A stretch of 59,057 nucleotides of DNA, counting the filler. It is 8 parts of 8 records of this genome, joined end to end, with 100 filler letters (N's around TTAATTAATTAA, not from the genome) between each part and the next. Parts side by side here need not be neighbours in the genome. Positions count along the whole stretch, not along the records: positions 19,267 to 25,500 come from SRR31147125_174087; positions 25,601 to 32,147 come from SRR31147125_174271; 6 more parts are not named here. One strand, 5' to 3'. A program made the translations under genes and the position numbers. The notes beneath the pieces were generated by a model. That model made no database searches, was not told where the DNA came from, and saw only the letters and a program-made list of their open reading frames with translations. Positions 20,818 through 31,632 of this stretch are shown one piece after another (the first letter of the stretch is position 1; the number at the start of each line of letters is the position of its first letter).

Positions 20818-21159
20818 GGTTCCTCCTGGTGGTCGGCTGTTTTTCTACCTGACCGCTGAGTCGATCGTGAACGATTCGAGCTGGGGCCGGTCTGGTCAGA
20901 GAACTGTACCGTGATCACATAAATAGATCAATCACCAGCCGTAAAATATGCCGCGGGGACATGCTGCATGATTGTCCTGCCAACTCTCGTCGTAAAACCT
21001 TCATACTGCAATCTCGATACGCGCTTTGATTTTTAATAAAAATTTCAATTTTTCACACAACCCTTTGCAATTGGTTTCATTTTTTGGGTATCATGGTCCA
21101 TTATTGAAAATAATTCAGCATGTTGGCTTGTTATCTGATCGGCCGACCAATTGACCAGA

Positions 21160-23473
21160 ATGGAAAAGGAACAGACTTCCAGTCATATATATTCGGAGCA
21201 GACCCGGTTACTCTACTCGAATGCGTTGATGCCGATCGTCGTATCGATGATCTGTGCGACCTTGCTGGTGATGTTTCTGTGGGAAGGACTCAGTCACACC
21301 CGCCTGGTCGTGTGGCTCGTGGTCTTTTTTGGGATTTCCACTTCCAGGCTGCACCTGCTGTCGATATATGAACGCCGCCCCGGTGATGACCATGACGATC
21401 GGATCTGGCGATATCGTTTTGTCGTGGGTAATTATTGTGCGGCGTCCTTGTGGGGTCTTTCAGCGTTTATCATTTTCCCCGAGCACAGTCTTGCCCACCA
21501 GGCCGTTTATTACATGATCATGGTCGGCATGGCGGCTGGCGGTATGGCGTCATTGTGCCCGAGTTTCGTCGCGCTGGCCGGTTTTATCTCCCTGATTCTG
21601 ATGCCCCTGATCGTGAAGCTCTGTCTGGACGGTACCTACACTGCGCTGCTCATGGCGTTCCTGGTATTTTTATCCTGGTATGTGAACTTTGTCGGCGGCA
21701 GGAAGATAAACCGCAATATTCTGGAAAATATCGAGCTACGACACCAGAGTGCGAACCGCGAGCGCATCCTGAAACTCAGTGAGGAACGGTATCGCCACCT
21801 GTTCGGCAACGCGCCGCTGGGAATCATCCAGTACGACGCGGAGGGCACGATTATCGACTGCAACGAGGAACTGGTTCGCATTATCGGATCGTCCAGACAA
21901 CAACTGGTGGGGCTCAGCGTGTTTGAAGAACTGGAGGACGCGGATGTCGTGGCAGCCCTCCGGGACTCGATTGCCAAAGGTGAAGGCTATTATGAAGGTG
22001 ATTACACGTCGATCACCGGGAACAAGACAACGCCGATCAGAGCGTTCTGCAAGACGATTGCCCATTCCGAAAGGCAGATATCCGGAGGCATTGCGATAAT
22101 CGAGGACTTCTCAGAGAAGAGGCAGTCAGAGGAATTGATCCGCTACCATGCGTCCTACGATTCTCTGACCGGGTTGCCGAACCGACGCATGTTCCTCGAT
22201 CACCTGAGCAGCGAAGTCGCCCGTGCAGCCCGGCATGGGTATTTCGGAGCTCTGCTCTATCTCGATCTCGATAATTTCAAGACGATCAACGATTCGCTCG
22301 GGCATGCGGTGGGCGATGAGTTCCTGAAAGTTGTAGCCGAGCGACTCGCGGACTTTATCAGAAAGGAGGACGTGGCGTCACGTATGGGCGGGGACGAATT
22401 TACCGTAGTGATCACCGAATTGGGAGACTCTGCCCAGCTCGCGGCCTCCAAGGTGAGGAAAATCGCCGAGGATCTGAGCCTCTGCCTGTCGTCTCCGCGG
22501 GGTGTCGGCGGGCGGGATCTCCAGAGCACGGTCAGTATCGGGATCTCCCTGTTTCCCAAAGATGGCAAGGGTGCCGACGACATCCTCAAGCAGTCCGATA
22601 CCGCCATGTACCGGGCAAAGGCTGCGGGACGCAACGAGATCTGTTTTTCCTTCCGTCCATGCAGGAGGCGGCCGACGAGAAGCTGCACATCAGTACGGAA
22701 CTCAGGCATGCGCTCAAGGAAAACGAATTGTTCCTGAATTTTCAACCGCAGGTGGATATCTCGGGCAACCTGATGGGGGCGGAGGCGCTGCTGCGCTGGG
22801 AGCATCCGCAACGCGGGACGATGTCACCACGAGTGTTCATTGCCATCGCGGAGGAATCCGGTCTGATGCACGATATCGGCCGCTGGGTCCTGGCCGAGAC
22901 CTGCAGCAGACTGAAGAAATGGGCTGATGCCGGATTGTTGAGGGAGTCGCTAACCATTTCAGTCAATATCAGCGGCATCGAACTCGCGGCGGCCGACTTT
23001 GTTCATACGATCAGCAATATCATTCGCGAGACGAGAGCGGACCCGAAGTATCTCGGGCTGGAACTGACCGAAGGCAGCCTCATTTCTACCGGGCAGGACG
23101 TTATCGAGAAGATGACACAGGTGCGGGACCTGGGCGTCAAGTTTTCCGTTGACGACTTTGGTACCGGGTATTCGTCGCTCAGCTACCTGCGCAGCCTGCC
23201 GATAAACACGCTCAAGATTGATCGGTCATTTGTGAACGATATCAGAACGGTCAATCACAATAATGTACTCGTGGACACGATTATCATGATGGCTACCAAC
23301 CTCAAACTCGACGTGATCGCCGAGGGGTGGAAAAAGGGCATGAACTTCACTATCTGAGCAACAAGGGATGCTTTGTTTACCAGGGGTTCTACTTCAGTGA
23401 GCCGCTGTCTGTCGAAGCGTTTGAAGCAGTGCTCGAGTCAGGCAGGGTCGACCGGGTGAATGACTCACCGTGA
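21160..23473 (+). CDS. Membrane-bound PAS-GGDEF-EAL diguanylate cyclase/phosphodiesterase; apparent frameshifts near 22645 and 23327
   Basis: N-terminal TM segments, PAS, DSLTGLPNR, MGGDEF, EALLRW and DDFGTGYSSL. The tail EGVE...YQGFYFSEPL is restored by one G. Confidence 0.9.
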
Positions 23474-23515
23474 CTGTCGTACCGGTGCTGCTGCATTCGT
23501 GTGATTCAGGTCCGC

Positions 23516-24301
23516 TTACTGCTGCTCAGGTACGATGAGTTCGACGTTGTGTTCGCCGATAAGCTCCCGGAACGGTGCGGGTGGTTGTCTGTCGGTGACA
23601 AGATAGGATACATCGCGCAGGTGCCCGACCTGGGCGGTGGCGCTTTTATCAAACTTGGTGTGATCGGTGACCAGAATCGTTTCCCGGGCGTTATTCATCA
23701 TCTTGCCCATCAACATCGACTCCTCGTAGTCATAGTCGAGCAGCCGGCCTTCGGAGGAGATGGCCCCGATCCCCATGATCAGGTAATCAGTCTGGAAGTT
23801 GGCGATGAACTCCATGGCCGCCGGGCCGATGATACAGCCGTTGTGGTGCCGGACCTTGCCGCACGGCATCAGCAACTCGATGTCATTGTGGCTATAGAGA
23901 TGGATGGCGGCATGGATGTTGTTGGTGATGATACACAGCGTCGGGATCCGGGACAGCTCTTTGGAGACGATTTCCATCGTCGATCCGCCGGTCATGAAAA
24001 TCGACTGGCTTGCCCGGATCAGGGTCGCCGCACAGGCGGCGAGGCGCTGCTTTTCCTCGAGCATGGAAATGCGGCGGGCGTCGTAGCTGACGTTGATCAG
24101 CGATGATACGGAACCAGCGCCACCGTGCAGTCGGGTGACGAGGTTTTCCCTGCTCAGCGCAAGGATATCCCGGCGAACGGTCTGGGTGGATACCGCGTAC
24201 TTGTCTGCCAGGTATTCGATACTTGCATACCCCTGGGCGTTGACCAGTTTCGCGATATTGTCCCGACGGCCTGAAACCTTGGAACTGGTATCTCGTTTCA
24301 T
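23516..24301 (-). CDS. DeoR/GlpR-family transcriptional regulator
   Basis: VSTQTVRRD, RLHGGA, ITNN, DHTKF. Confidence 0.92.
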   Translation of the reverse strand: MKRDTSSKVSGRRDNIAKLVNAQGYASIEYLADKYAVSTQTVRRDILALSRENLVTRLHGGAGSVSSLINVSYDARRISMLEEKQRLAACAATLIRASQSIFMTGGSTMEIVSKELSRIPTLCIITNNIHAAIHLYSHNDIELLMPCGKVRHHNGCIIGPAAMEFIANFQTDYLIMGIGAISSEGRLLDYDYEESMLMGKMMNNARETILVTDHTKFDKSATAQVGHLRDVSYLVTDRQPPAPFRELIGEHNVELIVPEQQ

Positions 24302-24315
24302 AGCTCCTCGCAATG

Positions 24316-25500
24316 TTATGGATACAGCTCGATTATCCTTTGTTGGTGAGAGCAGCGTACGCCGTAAACCTCTACCTCCACGTCCAGCTTACACCTGATC
24401 GTTGCCTTGTTCGGGGCGGTTTCAAGCTGCACATCGGTCTCGTGCGTGAGTGCATCCGCGTCCGGCAGCCCAAACACCCTGATCTTCGCTATTCGGCTAG
24501 CGGCATCGATCTCGCCGGTGTGCTGCACTGCAGGCCCTTCGGCTATGACGGCGCCCTGTTTGACAAATACCGGGATGCGGTCGAGGTCGGACTTGATTTC
24601 GTGCACCTCGCCACCATCGAATCGTTCGCCGGTGAAGAAATCGTACCAGGTGCCTTCGGGCAGACACACCGTCGCCCAGCCACCGGGTTGCAGCACCGGG
24701 GCCACCAGCAGGTGGTCGCCGAACAGGTACTGCTGGTCGAAGCTCCAGAGCCGCTTGTCATCCGGGTAGGCAAGAACCATCGGGCGCATGACCGGCAGGC
24801 CGGACTGCATGGCCTCTTTTACCTGGCGCTGCAGGTACGGAAGCAGGCGGTAGCGGATTCCAAGCCACTCTCTGGTGATTCGCTCCGCCTCCTCGCCGAA
24901 ATACCAGGGCTCCCGCGGGCCGATACCGTGGATACGGCAGAACGGGGTCAGCACACCTGCCTGGACCCAGCGGACGTAGAGCTCGCTGTTCGGCGGGCCT
25001 CCATAGAATCCGCCCATGTCGTGCGCGTAGAACGGGACACCGGTGAGTCCCCAGCTCTGAGCCCCGATAATCGATCCGGCCAGTCCGTTCCATGATGCCT
25101 GCGGGTCTCCTCCCCATTGGACCGGCAGCCGCTGTGACCCGGCCCAGCCGCTGCGCGCCCAGACGAGTCCCTGGCCGAAGTGGTTTTTCGATGCCTCGAA
25201 ACAGGAGATGTTGTAGAGCAGCGGCCACGCGTTGTGATAGGTGATACCTGAATCACCGTTTGATGCATAGGCGTCTTCCGGGACCTGTTCCCCAAAATCG
25301 ACCTTGAATACGTCCACGCCCATCTCGTGCAGCAGGCATGACCGGTCGTGCCACCACTGCGCCGCCTTGGGCACGGTGAAATCGAACAGACCCGATTTCG
25401 GCAGCGGCGTCAGGACCGTGCCGAACGGCGAGAGATCGAATTCATACTCGTAGGTCTTTCCATACGCGTCTTTGAGAAACCAGCCCTTGTCGTCGAATTC
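24316..25500 (-). CDS. GH31 glycoside hydrolase (YicI/alpha-xylosidase-like), 5'-truncated
   Basis: Nucleophile motif FKVDFGEQ, acid/base WGGD, HDMGGF, RIHG, REPW and QYLFGDHLLVAP. Confidence 0.88.
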   Translation of the reverse strand, partial: EFDDKGWFLKDAYGKTYEYEFDLSPFGTVLTPLPKSGLFDFTVPKAAQWWHDRSCLLHEMGVDVFKVDFGEQVPEDAYASNGDSGITYHNAWPLLYNISCFEASKNHFGQGLVWARSGWAGSQRLPVQWGGDPQASWNGLAGSIIGAQSWGLTGVPFYAHDMGGFYGGPPNSELYVRWVQAGVLTPFCRIHGIGPREPWYFGEEAERITREWLGIRYRLLPYLQRQVKEAMQSGLPVMRPMVLAYPDDKRLWSFDQQYLFGDHLLVAPVLQPGGWATVCLPEGTWYDFFTGERFDGGEVHEIKSDLDRIPVFVKQGAVIAEGPAVQHTGEIDAASRIAKIRVFGLPDADALTHETDVQLETAPNKATIRCKLDVEVEVYGVRCSHQQRIIELYP

Positions 25501-25600
25501 NNNNNNNNNNNNNNNNNNNNNNNNNNNNNNNNNNNNNNNNNNNNTTAATTAATTAANNNNNNNNNNNNNNNNNNNNNNNNNNNNNNNNNNNNNNNNNNNN

Positions 25601-27403
25601 GAGAAGCAACCTAAAGTGGGCGGTTATTGCCAAAACTACAAAAGGGGCCCCTATTCTTTCGACGTTTCCTTGCACGTTCTTTCCGCCATGGATCCCGATG
25701 GGGGCCTGCGCGCTCTTCTTGAGCACATGCAAGTCTTCGACAAACTGGAGATCGTGCGCCACGAACCCATGTTCACCTCAATCTTTCCCAAAGCCACATA
25801 CCGCCTCCCAGGTGGGACCGGTCCGGCAAAGGACTACCTCAAGTCTCTCTTCCCCAGGGAGGCGACGGGGATCGATCGTTTCCTCGACTACATGGGACGA
25901 ATAGTCGCCGACAACACCAAGCTCTTTTGGGAGGGAGTAGCTGATCTCGAGAACTTCTTCCCCTCTCGCTATTTCAAAAAGACCTACACCGATCTCTTGA
26001 ACGATTGCACAAAGGACCCTCGTCTCCACGGGTTGTTGGGCCAGCTCTGGCAGTCCACAGGCCTGCCCAACTCCAGATGCGCCGCCAACTGGGCGGCCGA
26101 GGTCTTCGGCTCTCACATCCTGAGCGGCAACTACTACCTGAAAGGTGGGGGTCAGAGCCTCTCCGACGCCATGGCCAGAACCCTGTTCGAGGCGGGCTCG
26201 GAAGTGCGCACCTCCGCCCTGGTGACCAAGATTCACACCGAAGACAAGGTCGCAAAGGGCGTGGAGCTCCAAAACGGCGAGCAGATCCAGGCGCCGGTCA
26301 TCGTCGCAAACGCGAGCCCCTACCAGACCTATTTCTCGCTCATAGGCAAGGAGCACCTGGCCCGGGCCTTCGTGTACAAGCTCGAACACCTGGAGCCGTC
26401 CAGCTCTCTTCTCACCCTCTACATGGGCCTGGATTGCCCGGCTGCTGATGTGGGGGCCAAGGATCACACCCTTTTCGTAAACGAGACCTTTGACAACACC
26501 GAATCCTACGACAGGGCAATGGCGGAGGACTACCACCTCACCGACTATGTCATGAGCGACTATACGGAGGAGGCAGGTGCGAATCATCCCCCCGGCCACG
26601 GCATCGTCCAGGTCCTGGAGGTAGCTCCGGGGGACAAGTGGACGGAAATTTCCCGAGGAGACTACGACGAAAAGAAAAAGCGCGTCACCGATACCATCTT
26701 GAAGAAGGTGTCCAAAAGATTCCCCGATCTTGAAAAGCACATCGCCGTGGCGGAACTGGGAACCCCCAGGACCATGATGCTGGCCACAAGAAACCCATGG
26801 GGTTCGGTCTACGGCTGGGCCCAGACCCCGAAGCAGGCGGACAACTACCGGTTCGGCGTGGCCTCCATATTCAAAGGCCTCTACTTCACCGGAGCCTGGA
26901 GTCGAGGCGGCGGTGGCGGATACATGGGCGCCATCGTGAACGGGCGAGTGGCCTGGCGCACCGCCATGGAGAAAGAAAGGATGGAGGTTCGTGAAACCCG
27001 CATCAAGACCTTCCCAAGGGAAAAGGCTGAGACCGTGAAGAAGTTCGACGACGAAAAGTACGAGTTCAAAGTGGAAGGCGGAATCAACCAAGCCCAGGAG
27101 CTTTCATCAGAAGCTGCGGTGGATCTTTTCAGCCGCGCAGCAAACGGCTTCATGAATGATCGACTGGAGTTCATCCGCACTTCCTGGAAGGGTTTCGAGG
27201 ACGCAAGTCGAGTGTTCGTGTCGTTCTTCCAGATGCGTTTCCTGTTCGTACCGTTTGTCGAAATCGAAAAGGGAGACAAGATCTCTGTAGAGGTCTCTTT
27301 TACGCCCAAGGACCCCGGCAAAGGAGAGTTCCTCCTGGTTGCAAAGACCGAAGCTGGAAAGAAAGCTGCCGAGGCAACCGGGCGAGTACTTGTGCGCAAA
27401 TAG
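25601..27403 (+). CDS. Phytoene desaturase/retinol saturase-like FAD oxidoreductase with extra C-terminal domain, 5'-truncated
   Basis: EKQPKVGGYCQNY...FDVSLH, YLKGGGQSLS, GTPRT, GSVYG and GLYFTGAW...GGG motifs. Confidence 0.85.
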   Translation, partial: EKQPKVGGYCQNYKRGPYSFDVSLHVLSAMDPDGGLRALLEHMQVFDKLEIVRHEPMFTSIFPKATYRLPGGTGPAKDYLKSLFPREATGIDRFLDYMGRIVADNTKLFWEGVADLENFFPSRYFKKTYTDLLNDCTKDPRLHGLLGQLWQSTGLPNSRCAANWAAEVFGSHILSGNYYLKGGGQSLSDAMARTLFEAGSEVRTSALVTKIHTEDKVAKGVELQNGEQIQAPVIVANASPYQTYFSLIGKEHLARAFVYKLEHLEPSSSLLTLYMGLDCPAADVGAKDHTLFVNETFDNTESYDRAMAEDYHLTDYVMSDYTEEAGANHPPGHGIVQVLEVAPGDKWTEISRGDYDEKKKRVTDTILKKVSKRFPDLEKHIAVAELGTPRTMMLATRNPWGSVYGWAQTPKQADNYRFGVASIFKGLYFTGAWSRGGGGGYMGAIVNGRVAWRTAMEKERMEVRETRIKTFPREKAETVKKFDDEKYEFKVEGGINQAQELSSEAAVDLFSRAANGFMNDRLEFIRTSWKGFEDASRVFVSFFQMRFLFVPFVEIEKGDKISVEVSFTPKDPGKGEFLLVAKTEAGKKAAEATGRVLVRK

Positions 27404-27427
27404 GCTTCTTAAAGAAAAGGGGGACAA

Positions 27428-27898
27428 ATGTCACAGGGACAATCTTTTGAACTGGTAGCCCTAGGCGCTGGTCACTACCGGCTCTCTGCAGTGCGGGCCA
27501 AAACCCCACTTATGAGCGTTGTGAAGCTGTTCAATCTGGACACTGCAAAGCCGGTGCTGGAAATGGCGGCCAAGGACAACAGCGGAGACATCGTAGTGGA
27601 CTTCGATTTAGATGCCGACGCCATCATAAGATTTACCCACGTGCTGGACGAGGCTGGGGATGAGCCGATCCTGGGCTCCTTGCACATGGTTCAGCGAGAC
27701 CCGTCTTGCCATGACCTTCTCTTTTGCTGCGCCCATCCCAGCGACCAGGACTACGACGACATACGGTTCCACTTGACCAGATTCTCAGATCCAAAGCGCA
27801 CGTCCGTTCGCCCGGTTTTCGATGACCTTCGGGATATGGAAGCCAGGGTGGCGGCGATTGAGGCCAGACTCCTCACATTGAAAGGAAGGCTCACGTGA
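27428..27898 (+). CDS. Hypothetical protein with DxDYDD motif and C-terminal coiled coil
   Basis: RBS and operon position; SDQDYDD. Confidence 0.6.
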   Translation: MSQGQSFELVALGAGHYRLSAVRAKTPLMSVVKLFNLDTAKPVLEMAAKDNSGDIVVDFDLDADAIIRFTHVLDEAGDEPILGSLHMVQRDPSCHDLLFCCAHPSDQDYDDIRFHLTRFSDPKRTSVRPVFDDLRDMEARVAAIEARLLTLKGRLT

Positions 27899-29196
27899 GG
27901 TGGCCATGGGCCCTATTGTTACTCTTGCTATCCGACCATGCCGGGGCCGAGCCCAACGCGGAAATCCAGCTGGCTGGAATGGAATCCATTCAGGAGTGTC
28001 CCGAGTATCTCGAGGCGCGTCACGTGCTCAGGATGTACCCCAAGGGACAGCGGGATGAGGTGGTTGATGAGTACGGGGAGGAAGCCCAGGCCTGCGACTA
28101 TCAGAATCTGGAGGCGGCTTTGCTACCCTCGGGAGACGGCATACTATTGAGATTGCACTACGGAGCGGTGGAGGCTTCTTTCTCGGTGGTGCTTCGCGAT
28201 GGGTCTCAGACCAGGCCCTTGCATTTCAAGGAGCGATCACCCGGTGCAATGGTAGGGGACATTGCCGGGGACGACAGACCCGAGGTAATCATTCCGGTAA
28301 TCAAAGGCACTGCCTTGAGCTCCTATCCCACCGAGTGGAGGCTTTTTCGGCTGGACAAGAAACGGCTGCGACCCATGGGCAAAGTGGCCAAGGAGCACGC
28401 ATACGGTTCCAAAACACTCGAGTACGGGTTCGAAAACCGGATCACTTTTCCTGAGAAAAATCGAATGCGCGTGGAGACCGTGCGCCATTCGGGTTTCCCT
28501 TTCGACAGGCCGTGCCCCCTGCGCGGTGTCCCCAAGCGAAAAGGAGACCTGGCCGAGTACGAGTTTCGCGGTGGGCGGTTCAAGAAGGTGTCGTTCACCA
28601 AAGGGCCGATGAATCCTGAACATCTCGAGCCCCTGGCTTTCAAACTTCAGATTCACATCGCTTCCAATGACTACGATGCCGCCAAGGAAAAGCTGAAAAC
28701 CAAACTCGAAGCGGTCAACGAGAAGTATCAAGGAGCGGCTATTCGCTTCGAGGGTGCCGGTGAACCCAGACAGCTAACTGAGAGCTTCAACACCATCGAG
28801 AACATCCCGGAGCGCCACAAGCTCAAGAAGCAGCTGGTCGACGGCGCCATCAACATCTTCATTGTGGACGAAGTCCTGGACCCCAACCCCTCTGCTTCCA
28901 CCAAGAAGGCGGCCAAAGCGCAAGGCAGGAAACCGTCGGGAAGGCTGGCCGGCGCTCACATCGAAGCCAAGAAGCACAAACCCGCCACCTATATCATCCT
29001 CATCAACCGCGCCTCGGGCCTCTCCATGGCCCACGAGCTGGGACACTTCTTCGGGCTTCCCCACACCAAGGATCCCGAGAACATCATGAGCTACGGTACG
29101 AAAAGGAAATCCTTTTCCAACGAACAGCTTGAGATAATCCGGCGAAAGGCCGAAAAGTACGTGAGAAAGAAGATCCTCGAGAACCTGGACGGTTGA
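27895..29196 (+). CDS. Secreted protein with C-terminal metzincin zinc-metalloprotease domain
   Basis: Signal peptide; [11 protein letters not shown] and Met-turn NIMSY. Confidence 0.8.
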   Translation: MRWPWALLLLLLSDHAGAEPNAEIQLAGMESIQECPEYLEARHVLRMYPKGQRDEVVDEYGEEAQACDYQNLEAALLPSGDGILLRLHYGAVEASFSVVLRDGSQTRPLHFKERSPGAMVGDIAGDDRPEVIIPVIKGTALSSYPTEWRLFRLDKKRLRPMGKVAKEHAYGSKTLEYGFENRITFPEKNRMRVETVRHSGFPFDRPCPLRGVPKRKGDLAEYEFRGGRFKKVSFTKGPMNPEHLEPLAFKLQIHIASNDYDAAKEKLKTKLEAVNEKYQGAAIRFEGAGEPRQLTESFNTIENIPERHKLKKQLVDGAINIFIVDEVLDPNPSASTKKAAKAQGRKPSGRLAGAHIEAKKHKPATYIILINRASGLSMAHELGHFFGLPHTKDPENIMSYGTKRKSFSNEQLEIIRRKAEKYVRKKILENLDG

Positions 29197-29221
29197 ACCC
29201 CGTTTTCTTTGGAGGCCACAA

Positions 29222-29569
29222 ATGGAAATCAAGAGACACCAGAGCACCCACCGAATGAGCAGAATCGTCGAGCACGGCGACACCATCTACCTGTGCGGCC
29301 AAACGTGCAAGGACGACACCCAGGACATCAAAGGCCAGACCGCCACCACCCTCGAGAAAATCGAAGAACTCCTGGCCACCGTGGGTTCGGACAAGACCAA
29401 GATCCTGTCGGTAACCATCTACGTCTCATCCATCGGCCTCTTCGCCAAAATGAACGAAGTCTGGGACGCCTGGGTACCCGACGGCCACCAACCAGCCCGC
29501 GCCTGCCTGGAGGCAAGAATGGCCCGCCCCGAACTCCTGGTAGAAATGACCGTCATCGCCTCCAAGTGA
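29222..29569 (+). CDS. RidA/YjgF family protein (YoaB-like)
   Basis: [23 protein letters not shown]. Confidence 0.92.
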   Translation: MEIKRHQSTHRMSRIVEHGDTIYLCGQTCKDDTQDIKGQTATTLEKIEELLATVGSDKTKILSVTIYVSSIGLFAKMNEVWDAWVPDGHQPARACLEARMARPELLVEMTVIASK

Positions 29570-29588
29570 AAGGAGCTTTGCTTACTCG

Positions 29589-29906
29589 ATGAGCCCGAAA
29601 CGTAAGAAGATAGGCAACGTAATCACCTGGGCCGGGGTGGCGCTGGCAATAAACATGCTGATCTTGGATCTCATCAAGCTAGGTTTCTTTTTCTTGTTCT
29701 CGCCAAAGAACTTGCTCTCGTACATTGCCGTCATGACTTCCCAGGACTTTAACGCTGCATACTTTTTGTCAGCTTTCTTTGGCTTCATCCTCTGCTTGGT
29801 AGGAATGTTCGTTTCCTGGCGGGTAAAGCTACCGATCAGCGGAATCGGGCTGATCATCATTCTTCTAACGCACAACTTCCTGACGTATACTATTCCACCA
29901 CACTAA
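29589..29906 (+). CDS. Hypothetical membrane protein
   Basis: RBS AAGGAG; three hydrophobic segments. Confidence 0.5.
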   Translation: MSPKRKKIGNVITWAGVALAINMLILDLIKLGFFFLFSPKNLLSYIAVMTSQDFNAAYFLSAFFGFILCLVGMFVSWRVKLPISGIGLIIILLTHNFLTYTIPPH

Positions 29907-29931
29907 GTGATTGTGAACTGTGAGAGGTCTG

Positions 29932-31632
29932 TCAGATCCAGCTACTTAAAACCTCTTCGTAGTCTGCTTCCTGGGATAATTCATGGTCTTCATCAAGAGG
30001 CGGGGCCTTCACCACGCGGATCTCTCGGCATGCTCCGCTGCATTTCGAAGAAGCTCTAACCATGAAGAAATGGTCCTTCAATCCCGCATCCAAAGCTATC
30101 GTCCTGAGTCTATGAACAAAACTTTGTGGGGTTTCGGGAGACACAGCGAACAGAACTTCTTTCACTTCGGGCATACCCTCAGAGGTTTCGTACTTCATGC
30201 GAAGATCTTTTCGTCTGCCTTCCAAGATCTTCAATAGCGGTTCGATCTTCTCTCCAGTTGGGGCGTCAGCAATAACACCGGTATCGATTTCGTCGTTCTC
30301 CAGCTCAACATGAGACAACCCATAGATAACTACTTTTGCCCCCCATACCATTACAAAGGGCACTTTTTCGTGAAACCAGTTATTGGGCGGTGTACCTGTA
30401 TCCAATGTCGGCAAAATAAAGGTTTGTGTCTCTCTGGAGAGTTCATAGTGAGAGTCATATTGCTCTTTACAGTCCAGACCACCGGAAACCAGCTCGCCTA
30501 TCAGATCACCAACGACGCAGTTACACGGTTCGAGTTTAAAGTTTGACTTCAATGAATGGTTCGCACCCTCGATGCCCAAGAGAACAGCCAGAATCGCGCC
30601 GCCGCTAATAGCAGCCAAACGAAAATGTTTCACCAAGACTCGTCGCACATGAAAAATGAACAGACCAAATACTACGAAACCTAGTACGGACACCGCGACC
30701 GAAGGGAACTGGCCAAGCCATGTCAACGCCAGTGAAGATTCATGGAAAGACCAGTACTCCCTGGTCATCTCCTTTTCCACAAGCAGATGGTGAAGGGACC
30801 ACAACACATCCGCTGACGCACGCTTCGAGAGCGCTTGTCCAAGGCACAAGCAGCCGAAGAGAACACCCTGCGGCGCCGCTACGATCTTCCATGAAATTCC
30901 TTCGACTGCTTCATTTTGAAAATCAAGCCCCTGTCTCGTCAGGCGGCGTAACAAGATTGGCAACACGGCAACAACTATCAAGACAAGAAAAAGTCCACCA
31001 GCTGCGGGCCAAGCATCCACACTCAACAGCGAAAGATGGTTATCCAAAACCAACGACATTCTCGACCAAGGATGAAATTCAATCATCCGTCCCCATGTGT
31101 TCCACCATGGACTGCGAATGAGAAAGATATCGAGAGCCCCCACTAGGCCCACACCAACCCAAATCCAAGGAATCTTGCTCTTGTCGTCACCAGCCTTGGT
31201 TCGTCTAGATGCGGTGGCTAGTATAGTAGACGCAAACAAAGCCAAGGCCGCCCAATAATAACCAATCGCCTGGGCACGAATGTAAACGGAACCTGCCACA
31301 AAAGGCGCAGGCACAATGTGTGGAGTTGTCGGCGCGTACATCGCCTTTTCGAATCCAATTGATCCCAGGATCGCCCCCTCAAGAACAAATAGTAAACAGG
31401 CAAATGGCCCTAGCATGGGAAGATAATTCTTTAGGCCGATAAAACCCGGCGGCCGCAGACACCAATACCCTGCAACCCCAATGCTCAAACACCCAATCAC
31501 CACCGGAATAAAGTGGTACCAACCAAAATCAAATTCCGACTCCGGCGGCGAAAGAATCCCAAGAGTCTGCCAGATCCCAAAGGCCATCAGCGCGAGGCAC
31601 ATGAAAGCGAAAGAAATGGAACGCCTCATCAC
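29932..31632 (-). CDS. Polytopic membrane protein with soluble C-terminal domain (possibly ExbD-like)
   Basis: Many TM segments, then VLFAVSPETPQSFVHRLRTIALDAGLKDHFFMV. Confidence 0.55.
   Translation of the reverse strand: MMRRSISFAFMCLALMAFGIWQTLGILSPPESEFDFGWYHFIPVVIGCLSIGVAGYWCLRPPGFIGLKNYLPMLGPFACLLFVLEGAILGSIGFEKAMYAPTTPHIVPAPFVAGSVYIRAQAIGYYWAALALFASTILATASRRTKAGDDKSKIPWIWVGVGLVGALDIFLIRSPWWNTWGRMIEFHPWSRMSLVLDNHLSLLSVDAWPAAGGLFLVLIVVAVLPILLRRLTRQGLDFQNEAVEGISWKIVAAPQGVLFGCLCLGQALSKRASADVLWSLHHLLVEKEMTREYWSFHESSLALTWLGQFPSVAVSVLGFVVFGLFIFHVRRVLVKHFRLAAISGGAILAVLLGIEGANHSLKSNFKLEPCNCVVGDLIGELVSGGLDCKEQYDSHYELSRETQTFILPTLDTGTPPNNWFHEKVPFVMVWGAKVVIYGLSHVELENDEIDTGVIADAPTGEKIEPLLKILEGRRKDLRMKYETSEGMPEVKEVLFAVSPETPQSFVHRLRTIALDAGLKDHFFMVRASSKCSGACREIRVVKAPPLDEDHELSQEADYEEVLSSWI

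Noticed and set aside
24316-25500. Sulfoquinovosidase (yihQ) call for the GH31
   Set aside because: The motif is KVDFGEQ rather than MADFGE, and no other sulfoglycolysis genes are visible on the fragment.
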